Notes under the pieces: model-generated | Told to the model about the DNA's origin: nothing | The model's input: the letters and a program-made list of their open reading frames with translations, nothing else | Database searches by the model: none | Part shown: positions 25,069 to 35,057 of the stretch, in pieces | Layout: each line of letters begins with the position of its first letter | Numbering within the stretch: position 1 is the stretch's first letter | Origin: Octopus sinensis | Taxonomy: Eukaryota | DNA: 64,000 nt | Assembly (NCBI RefSeq): GCF_006345805.1 | Contig: NW_021833461.1 | Location: forward strand, 9,540-73,539 | Direction: 5' to 3' | Position numbers and translations under genes: made by a program

Positions 25069-27039
25069 GATGATGTGGACAATTGTTCTGGGACCCCAGA
25101 AACGTACAGGAAATAATTTCCAAGCCTGGAACAATGATATCCCGGCACTGTATGGACTTCGCAAGGACCATAAAATAATTACTGACCCTATAGCAGGACC
25201 ACCAACAAGACCAGTCTGTGGAGCGAATATCGCTAGCAATTACAGCATCTCCTACTTCCTCTCAATGATCATACGCCCTATAATCCGAATGTCACCTGAT
25301 GTTTGTGACAGCACAGAAGATCTCCTCAGCAGGATCGATGACTGTAACAGAACTTGTGACCTGACAGGATGTATGGTGGATAGCATGGATGTGGTATCCC
25401 TATACCCATCGATCGACGTAGATTTTGCGGTGGAGAAGTGCGTGGAGATGATCAATGAGAGCCAGGTGGAGTTCTGTAATGTCAACACAGAAGAACTGGG
25501 CCTCCTACTTAGACTGACATGTAATACTGAATACTTAGATAAACATAATCTTAGTAGTTTCTGCCCCAGTAGATGTTTAAGAGTAGGTAGACCGCCCAAA
25601 TTACTTCTATGACTAGGAAGACACATATAGAAAGATGGCGCGGATGGACCAGAGCCATACGGAGCCCTGCAAATGTCCATCAGATAAAGAAAATGATCGC
25701 ACATGCACTAGGAGCTAGTATAAGAATTACCCTAAAAGGCCACACGTTTAAGTTTAATAATAAAATATATGCCCAGGACGAGGGGGCAGCCATCGGCGTT
25801 AGTATCGCTGGTGATGTGGCCAACCTTTTCATGGTATGGTGGGACAGAAGGCTTAAAGAACGCCTAACACAGAACTCCATACTCGTAAACATGTACTCCC
25901 GTTATGTTGATGATATCAACATAGTGGTAAAGGCACCCCCACAAGAGAGCAATGTTGATATAGTAATAGAAACTAATACTATGGAGAGCATCCAGCAAAT
26001 AGCTAACTCCATCCACCAGAGTATTAAGGTCACAATAGACTACCCCACTAAACACCCCAACCATAGACTACCAGTACTAGACACCGAACTCTGGCTAGAA
26101 ATTGTGAATAATAAAACCCAAATCCTTTATTCATACTATGCCAAACCTATGGCCTCAAAATACTTGATCCACCGGAACTCAGCCATTGCGGACAATGCCA
26201 AATTCAATATTTTGATGGCAGACCTCGTCAGAATAATGAGAAATGTGCCATGCATGTGCGAGCCCACAGAGTTAAAGAGACACATACAATATTTCATTCA
26301 CCGCATGCAGTTCTCAGGTTACAGCCATAAAGAAAGGATCAGAGTATACAAAGGAGCCATTAAGAAATTTGATAATATATTATGTAATGATAGGAATGGT
26401 ATTTGCCCACTCTATAGGAACAAGTCATGGAACACTATAGAAAGGACAAAAAATAAAATAGGGAAGGTCAACTCTTGGTATGATAGCCATAAATACCAGA
26501 GTGTCATGTTCGTTGACACCACTCCTGGAGGTGAACTGGCGTATCGCTTTAGAAGGACCCTAGACAAACTTAAGCTAAGAATTAAGGTTGTTGAAAAGCC
26601 AGGCAACCCTATCAAATCTATAATTGGTAGAACCTATCCTTTTAGTAGAAGCCCCTGTACAGATAGGTACTGTACTGTATGTAGATTTAGCCCACAAACA
26701 AACTGTAAAGCCAGAAATATGGTCTATAGTATAAGATGTATAGAGGGACGATGCAGTAACAAGACAACGACATACGTAGGGGAAACGGCAAGAAGCATAG
26801 GAGAGCGGGTAAATGAGCATTGGAGACAACTCAAAGAAGGTAAAAGCTCATCGATTCTGTACCAACACGCCGAACAAAAACATGGGGGATCAATCAATAA
26901 CATAGAAATTAAAATATTATCCACACATAGATCAGATGCAACAATTAGACAAATTACAGAAGCTACACACATAATAGAAAATAAACCTAGCCTGAATAGA
27001 AAACTAGAATGGAGCACTAACACACACCACAACATATGA
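25069..27039 (+). pseudogene. Penelope-like RT + C-terminal GIY-YIG endonuclease, 5'-truncated, one frameshift near 25600
   Basis: LYGLRKDHK, PPTRPVCGA, SMDVVSLYPSI, GAAIGVSIAGDVANLFM, YSRYVDD, CTDRYCTVC..C, VYSIRC..YVGETARSIGERVNEH, EA..I..NKPSLN. Confidence 0.93.
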
Positions 27040-27532
27040 CGATAGAGGATCGTGAAAACATAATAAATACACAGATAAATAAATAAATAACTATATATAT
27101 ATATATGTGTGTGTATATGTATATGTATATATATATTTTTTTTTCGATTCAATTTATTATTATTATTACTAGTATTGTTGTTATACATACATACATACAT
27201 ACATACATACATACATACATACATACATACATACATACAAGCATATGTAATGATAATAATGGGTGGATGTAAACATATGAACAAAATAAGAATAAAAACA
27301 AAAAACAAAATACAAAATACAAAATACAAATTATATGAACATATAAAATTACAAATTACATGAACATATATAAACAGAAGATACAAATATTACAGGCATC
27401 CCCACATACACACACTAAATAAACATAAACACACATAGAGATATAAGCATGCGCAAATGAAGACATACAATAGAAATACAAAATGGCTGACGGTTAGTAA
27501 GGAGAGACACAAATAAGTGAGAAGAAAACAAA

Positions 27533-27577
27533 GGACCACTGATGCGGTCACAGGAGTGTGACGAAAGAACTCTGGCC
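27533..27577 (+). ncRNA. Minimal hammerhead variant in the 3' pLTR (CUGAUGC core)
   Basis: GGACCA-CTGATGC-G-GTCAC aggagt GTGAC-GAAA-G aa C-TC-TGGCC; same strand as the ORF. Confidence 0.7.
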
Positions 27578-27755
27578 GAAATAAGATTAAGATTAATGTA
27601 AAAAATAAATAACACTGAAGCAAAGTAACACCAATATATAGTGCGTGTGCTTTTTATTTATTGCTAAACTGGCAAAATGACCATTCCGAAATATACAATA
27701 TCTGTTTCAACACACGACTTCACATAAAAAATCTTGCACAACAAATATTTAAACG

Positions 27756-27792
<37 letters not shown>

Positions 27793-27810
27793 GTGTGTGT
27801 AGTATATATA

Positions 27811-27863
<53 letters not shown>

Positions 27864-27909
27864 GTGTGTGTGTCTATACATAGTATACATACATATGTGT
27901 GTACCTGGA

Positions 27910-27950
<41 letters not shown>

Positions 27951-28493
27951 ATCTGTATACATGTGTGTGTCTGTATACATAGATATATATCCATACACTT
28001 GTATGTGTCTGTATACACACATATATATGTATATCTTTATATATATACATATATAGGTGTGTGTAGATTGCATATATATATAGAGAGAGAGAGAGGGGAG
28101 AGAAAGAGAGAGAGAGACATACATAATATGGTTCTTTGTTAAACAAGCAATCATCAGGAACACAATACGTTCATACGCACAGTCGTGGCTGTACGGCTAC
28201 AAAGCTTGATTAGCAATCCCGTAGTTACGAGTTCAATTCCCACTTGGGCAAGTGTCTTCTACTATATCCCCGGACAGCACTGTGTCTTATAAGTGAATTG
28301 GTAGTGGAAACTGTGTCAAAGCCTGTCGTGTGCGTGTGTTTGTAAGTAGATACTGTGAAGATGTGGCTTAGTGGTTAGGATAATCGGTTCATGACTATAA
28401 GGTCCGGTGCTCGATTCGTGGCAGCACACACGCGAACACTCACATACACACACACACGCGAACACTCACATACACACACACACGCACACGCAC

Positions 28494-28544
<51 letters not shown>

Positions 28545-28664
28545 CATATATTCTTTTATTGCTTTATTTGTTTCTGTCATTTGACTGCGGTCATGCTGAA
28601 ACAAATAAAAGAACAAAAGAATATATAGCTATATATATATATATATTATATATATATATATATA

Positions 28665-28836
28665 AAAGTTGAGTTGTGGGGTATCGCACGAGTGGGATTA
28701 TATAAGAAAAAAGGTTTGAAAATGCAATTTAAACGATGTTTATTTACTTAAATGTAACTTTTGACAATCTTTTACCAAAGAGTGAAACCGGTTAAGTAAA
28801 TAAACATCGTTTAAATTGCATTTTCAAACCTTTTTT

Positions 28837-28840
<4 letters not shown>
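28665..28840. mobile_element. Family K foldback fragment with the 3' half of an HHR
   Basis: ~52-bp inverted arms (28699-28751 / 28792-28843); spacer ends GAAA-CCGG-TT-AAGTAA. Confidence 0.65.
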
Positions 28841-28881
<41 letters not shown>

Positions 28882-28884
<3 letters not shown>

Positions 28885-29039
28885 CGCAGGAGTGGCTGTG
28901 TGGTAAGTAGCTTGCTAACCAACCACATGGTTGCGGGTTCAGTCCCACTGCGTGGCATCTTGGGCAAGTGTCTTCTGCTATAGCATGTGAGTGGATTTGG
29001 TAGACGGAAACTGAAAGAAGCCTGTCGTATATATGTATG

Positions 29040-29074
<35 letters not shown>

Positions 29075-29292
29075 TTGTGTGTCTGTGTTTGTCCCCCTAG
29101 CATTGCTTGACAACCGATGCTGGTGTGTCTACGTCCCCGCCACTTAGCGGTTCGGCAAAAGAGACCGATAGAATAAGTACTGGGCTTACAAAGAATAAGT
29201 TCCGGGGTCGATTTGATCGACTAAAGGCGGTGCTCCAGCATGGCCGCCGTCAAATGACTGAAACAAGTAAAAGAGTAAAAGAGTAAAAGAGT
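28882..29292 (+). mobile_element. Near full-length tRNA-derived SINE with LINE-like tail
   Basis: A box tggctgtgtgg, B box gggttcagtccc, internal (GT)n, tail ggcggtgctccagcatggcc..gactgaaac, then (agtaaaag)n. Confidence 0.88.
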
Positions 29293-29390
29293 ATATATAT
29301 ATATATACATATATTCTTTTATTGCTTTATTTGTTTCTGTGATTTGACTGCGGCCATGGTGAAACAAATAAAAGAACAAAAGAATATATA

Positions 29391-29427
<37 letters not shown>

Positions 29428-29430
<3 letters not shown>

Positions 29431-29650
29431 AAGAACATCTGAAAAATGAAATACCTAGAAATGGATAATGTGGTACCGGTTTCAGATTCTTCAAAATACG
29501 TCTGCCAACATATATTTGACTTATCCTCATCAGCCACATATACCTCGACAATATTTCAAATGTTGCCACATCTATGCCAGTACACTCGTCTGAACGCCAA
29601 AACGTTGACAGAACGAGAACAGTGAAGAAGTTTCAATGAAAATAGTATCG
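29428..29650 (-). mobile_element. Family M HHR element fragment, 3' end in (TA)n
   Basis: Contains a canonical HHR; abuts the 5' end of a truncated LINE. Confidence 0.7.
29468..29539 (-). ncRNA. Type I hammerhead, canonical core (family M)
   Basis: Minus strand: ATGTGG-CTGATGA-GGAT..ATCT-GAAA-CCGG-TA-CCACAT. Confidence 0.9.
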
Positions 29651-30385
29651 ACATGAGTGATGATACCTCTTTCCAAGTGCACATTACCAGGATGGTGACA
29701 AAGTTCAGACGACTGGGTGGGTGGATCCTAAGAACATTCAGAACCAGAGATAAGGAAACCATGATGGTCCTCTGGCGGACATTCGTCCTCAGTCGCCTGG
29801 ATTACTGCTCACAGCTATGGTCACCCACCAGTGTAAAATTAACAGCGGACCTTGAAGCAATCCAGAGAAGATTCACAGAGAGAATCGTCTCTTTGCAACA
29901 GCTCAGCTACTGGGAAAGATTGAAACAGCTAAGACTCTACTCCCTGGATAGAAGACGGGAGAGGTAATATATGTCTGGAAGATCCTGGAAGGAATTGTAC
30001 CAAATTTTGGCATTGTAAGCTACACCAATGCTAGAACGGGACGACACTGCATAGTGCCAAAGATCCCAGCAATGCCGTCACGCTTCAGGACCAGCTTCTG
30101 CAACAGCCTGGGCTTCAAGAGCCCACAGCTTTTTAATATTCTTCCAAAGAGTCTGGGGAACTTGCACAAAGTAGATGTAGCGGTTTTTAAATCAAAGCTG
30201 GACATCTTCCTGTCGAGAGTCCCAGATGAACCTACCTCACGGCAAGAGGTGCGAATGAGAGTAGCTATATCAAACTCCATTCTTCACCAAGTGCCACATA
30301 TTAGACGAGGTTCTTCGCAATAACAGTGTAGCACAAAACGGCGGTGCATCAGCATGACCGCAGCTCTGAGCTGAAACTAGAAAAA
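29651..30385 (+). mobile_element. 3' fragment of CR1/L2-group LINE
   Basis: GWILRTF, SRLDYCSQLWSP, LEAIQRRFT, YWERLKQLRLYSLDRRRER; colinear with 63278-64000. Confidence 0.9.
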
Positions 30386-30427
30386 AATATATATATATAC
30401 ACACATACATACGTATATATATATACA

Positions 30428-30514
<87 letters not shown>

Positions 30515-30516
<2 letters not shown>

Positions 30517-31200
30517 CCAATTAAGTACTGAACACGAAAAAGTGGACAGTCAACATGCTAGATATAGACGTCAAATCGCCATTCTCCACAAAAGATTATG
30601 TTCTCAGATCAAACTCAACACCAACCCAAGCAATAAACAAGTGAAAATATACGAAAAACAATACTCATCCATGTACTGAATCAGTTTCTACTATTATTAT
30701 CCGTAAGGATACCCGTAGTCTTCGTCAGCATGGCCGATATGAATGCAATCTGCTGAACTAGATGCAAAAACGATACCGGAGTTTCATCATGTGCGTAGAG
30801 TTCAACCAATTACATTCGAATGTGTATTTCAAATGCCTTCCACCTTGGCGCGTTGAGACCCGAAGAAAATAGCCTGCAGCTAATAATTAGCAGCAGTCAA
30901 TTTATCGGTTAGAGAACATATTTATTTTTTATAAAATTAATAAGGGTAGAAATCAATATTTATCAATTAAAACCAGTGGTCTAGCATATTAAAAAAATCC
31001 GAAGATTAAATATTTATATATACCAATTAAGGACTGAACACGAAAAAGTGGACAGTCAACATGCTGTCTATATCTAGCATGTTGACTGTCCACTTTTTCG
31101 TGTTCAGTCCTTAATTGGTATATATAAATATTTAATCTTCGGATTTTTTTAATATGCTAGACCACTGGTTTTAATTGATAAATATTGATTTCTACCCTTA

Positions 31201-31210
<10 letters not shown>
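30515..31210. mobile_element. Family H HHR element: ~505-bp unit, terminal redundancy and inverted arm
   Basis: ataccaattaag at ~30515 and ~31020; 31066-31207 is an inverted copy spanning the unit junction. Confidence 0.87.
30669..30733 (-). ncRNA. Type I hammerhead, canonical core (family H)
   Basis: Minus strand: CCATG-CTGACGA-AG-ACTA..TATCC ttac GGATA..TAGT-A-GAAA-CTGA t TCAG-TA-CATGG. Confidence 0.87.
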
Positions 31211-31249
<39 letters not shown>

Positions 31250-31362
31250 GTACATATATATATATACATATATTTATATGTATATGCATATGTTCATATA
31301 TATATATGCATATGTACATATATAAATATGCATATGCACACACACACACATACACATATATG

Positions 31363-31656
31363 CTGAGACCCCCTTCGGTCATGAGTGACCATGGGATTGT
31401 ACCTAGAAAGTTACTCTCCCAGGCACAGGTCCGGCCAAGGTTGTTTATGGAAAACCAGCAGTCACCCATACATACCGGCCTCCCCTCTCCTTGCCACCAG
31501 TGTTAGCCAATGGAAAGGCAAAGGTCGATACATCTTGGCACCCGTGACGTTCGCAACTCAGTGTCTTGCTCAAGAACACAACACGCAGCCCGGTCCGGGA
31601 TTCGAACTCACAACCTCACGATCGTAAGCTCGCCGCTCTAACCACTGAGCCATGCG

Positions 31657-31660
<4 letters not shown>
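31363..31660 (-). mobile_element. tRNA-derived SINE
   Basis: Minus-strand head gaggcgcatggctcagtggttagagc...gagttcgaatccc. Confidence 0.8.
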
Positions 31661-31719
<59 letters not shown>

Positions 31720-32417
31720 ACGTAACGCGTAAATATGTACCGTGCTTTCGCTGTTTTAGCTGTGTATGTAATCGCAAACAGCCTCTCAATTCTGCTGTTC
31801 TTTGACATAACGTCACATCCAAGTTGTGATACCTGGCGGGGGCGGGTAGCTGCAGCGGCATTAGGTTGGAACTTACTTTCAGCTGAGCTTGTTAAAAGGC
31901 TCAACACGCCGCCCGTTTCAGGAATTTGATACACGACGTTATGAACGCGAGTTGAACCCCCAGTCATTCAAAACCAACCATTCTGATGCTTAGAATCGAT
32001 TATCTAATTGATCTTTGATTAAGAGTGTAGAGTCTGAACTGAGGAACTGAAGGTTAAGTTATTGATATTTCTAGTAAGTCAGTTGACCGATTAGAGGTCA
32101 TTTGAGTAAATGTGAGCAGTGTGAGTTATTTCGTGAGTGCAGTGTTAGTCAGTCTCCAATTCAAATAAAAGAAAGAGAACGCAATTTTTCGAATAAAAAG
32201 AAAAGGAAAGGTTTGCGACGTCTCCGCGTGGTTGCTTCCTATTCTAGAAATAGTTCTCACATCTCATCCCAAATCAACCATTCTACTGTCTTAAAGATAT
32301 CGAAAACAGTAGCACACACTAAATAATGTACTCCTACGTTTAACGTCTGGAAACGGAAAAGTATAAGGATGGTCGTGGTTATATGAAAGTTGCTCAACTA
32401 GAGCTGAATTGAGATTG

Positions 32418-32493
32418 AAGAAGAAGAAGAAGAAGAAGAAGAAGAAGAAGAAGAAGAAGAAGAAGAAGAAGAAGAAGAAGAAGAAGAAGAAGA
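32418..32493. repeat. (GAA)n microsatellite
   Basis: Direct reading. Confidence 0.97.
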
Positions 32494-32731
32494 ACAAATG
32501 ATACTAAATATTTTGCAGCAGACATCTGTCTATGAGGGCTGGCTGTTTCCCATTTGCGTTGAATACCGCCCGTTAACTGAAACCTCCCTGATCAGTCTTT
32601 TGTTGCAAGGGAGCTTTTTTTCCCCCCTTTGTTCTTCTTTTCTTTTTTGCACAGTTGTCATGCATTTAATTGTACACTTCATAACGAAAACCTTTTCACA
32701 AAGTCACCCTAGTGAAGCAAACTAGTAATAA

Positions 32732-33146
32732 TCCTTTCTACTAAAGGAACGAGGCCTGAAATATGGTGGGTGCGAGGGCGAGGGGACTAATCGATTACAT
32801 CGATCCCAGTGTTTCGCAGGTAATTAATTTATTGACCTGGAAAGGATGAAAGGCAAAATCGACCTCGGCAAAAATTGAACTCAGAACGTAGCGACGGGCG
32901 AAATACCTATTTCTATTTCTTTATTACCCACAAGGGGCTAAACACAGAGAGGACAAACAAGGACAGACAGACGGATTAAGTCGATTATATCGACCCCAGT
33001 GCGTAACTGGTACTTAATTTATCGACCCCGAAAGGATGAAAGGCAAAGTCGACCTCGACGGAATTTGAACTCAGAATGTAACGACAGATGAAATACGGCT
33101 GCGCATTTTGCCCGGCGTGCTAACGATTCTGCCAGCTCGCCGCCTT
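32732..33146 (-). mobile_element. Dimeric SINE (ggcggcgagctggcagaa family)
   Basis: Reverse complement of 39989-40420, with two gagttcaaattccgccgaggtcgac units. Confidence 0.85.
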
Positions 33147-33424
33147 AAGCACACCAGCAATAATGGTGATCATCATCATCATAATCAATGATCCCGATAG
33201 TGGTCGTCGTCGTCGTCGTGGTGCGGTTTTTTTTTTGTTTTGTTTTTTTCGTTGGGCACATGCGAGAAGATGCTGAAAAGCTCCTGGCTTTGAGTAAAAG
33301 AAACTACAGGAGAATCAGTTAATTACGATTTCAGAAATCACCACTACCGGGATCTTGATTATGAACATCATCATCATCATCATCATCATCATTATTACTG
33401 GTGTGCTTAAGGCGGCGAGACGGC

Positions 33425-33750
33425 TGAATCCAAGGCTCCATCATAGGAATTTAAACACCAACGCCAGGGTATTTTTGTATGTATGTATGTATGTATGTAT
33501 GTATGTATTCATGTATGCAGGTATGTATGTATGTATGTATGTAGTATGCATGCATGTATGTATGTATGCATGCATGTATGTATATGTGCAGACTTGTATG
33601 TTTTGTTTTATGTATGTATGTATCCTAATGCATAGAGTTGCATATCTAGACATGCTCATATATGCTTAAATGATAAACCTCTGGAAATTTTACAGATTTT
33701 TACATTTCCAGTAATGGATTGGATCTGTAGTCTTCGAGTTAGCTTTCTCC
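33425..33750 (-). mobile_element. Family W (CATA)n-associated repeat
   Basis: Homologous to 10847-11000. Confidence 0.55.
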
Positions 33751-34008
33751 ATATATGTGTGTATGTATGTATGTATGTATGTATGTATGTATGTATGTAT
33801 GTATGTATGTATGTATGTATGTATGTATGTGTGGAACAAATTATGCTTATGTGGATAAATATGCATATATGTGTGTTTATACGTATATATGTGTGTATAT
33901 ATGCACATAAATGTGTATCCTATAAAGATATATAGACGGACACATCCATTTGCACACATATACACGCACACACGCATGCATACAAACGCGTGCATACACA
34001 CGCACACA

Positions 34009-34040
<32 letters not shown>

Positions 34041-34337
34041 GTCATCTAACTTGTATCGACTGGCAGCAATCCGTAACTGGATTGGTTGACCCTAGACTGA
34101 CCGTTGGCTGAAGAGGCTCTTCTGCCCAGACTGTATCATGTAGTTTCGCCGTCGAAATGAAGATCAATGCGCCCAGGTTCACATCCGCCATGCTGCTCTC
34201 CAATACTTCACCATGGCCCTGACTCGGGGATTCTTAGTAATTGAAGTTACCTTCTCTATATACCCACTGTTGGGTGGCCGTTGACTCTTACTAGTTCCTC
34301 CACCCTTTCACAGGTTTTGTTTTCCATGCACACACAC

Positions 34338-34406
<69 letters not shown>

Positions 34407-35057
34407 CACACATACATACATGCTGGCAGAAAGGCCACCCTGCGGGCAGTTTTCTGCTAACCACTTGATAATATTTTCACATTTGATTTCCAATTCTAAT
34501 AATTTTTATGACATTTTACGTCTAATCATTTCTTTGTATAATAGTGCTCACTTGCTTGGTAAATATTGCTTTCCTTATTTTATCATAGTCATAATCTCTC
34601 TTTTTCAAAACAAACACCAAGGTATTCCAACTACGGAGGGGAAAGCAAGTTTTGCCTTGTCAAGTTTTACCATCCCCTTGAAACAACATAGAGATTTCAA
34701 TTCAACAGCCCATCTGTAAGCTTTGCAGTATGAACAAACATTGTCAAGGAAACTCCATGCATTATGTGGTTGTACAATAGGCAGAACGGCCTGTTCTTGG
34801 AAATTATCGAAACTGGCTTTCATTGCTAATCCATTAATAGAATTCTTCCTAGTTTGAAAATTTTTCATTTGTACACCTGCTGTAAATATTCGGTTTCGTC
34901 TCTCAGCACTGGCGTTTCTCTTTGTATCACACTGAAGTTTGGAAGGCTTCCCATTTCATACTGATTATCAATAGGCAGTTGAACAGTCACAGATGGTAGA
35001 AGCTGACACAGTGTCTTACTTTGAAGTAGAATATTCTCCTCTCGAGATACCCTAACC

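Larger units (their letters stand above)
23517..27755 (+). mobile_element. Penelope-like element copy 1 (probably Naiad clade): inverted pLTR, partial direct pLTR, truncated ORF, 3' pLTR
   Basis: 23517-24192 is the reverse complement of ~27000-27698. 24310-24385 and 24958-25068 repeat 27078-27262. Clade assignment rests on recalled motifs only. Confidence 0.88.

Noticed and set aside
25013-27039. Selenocysteine read-through or programmed frameshift in the Naiad-like ORF
   Set aside because: No conserved in-frame UGA. The break near 25600 is a 1-nt indel not shared at the same position by copy 2, so it is decay or a sequencing error.
31585-31660. Genuine tRNA genes (also 47320-47397, 5931-6000)
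   Set aside because: Acceptor stems do not close and each runs straight into a SINE body.
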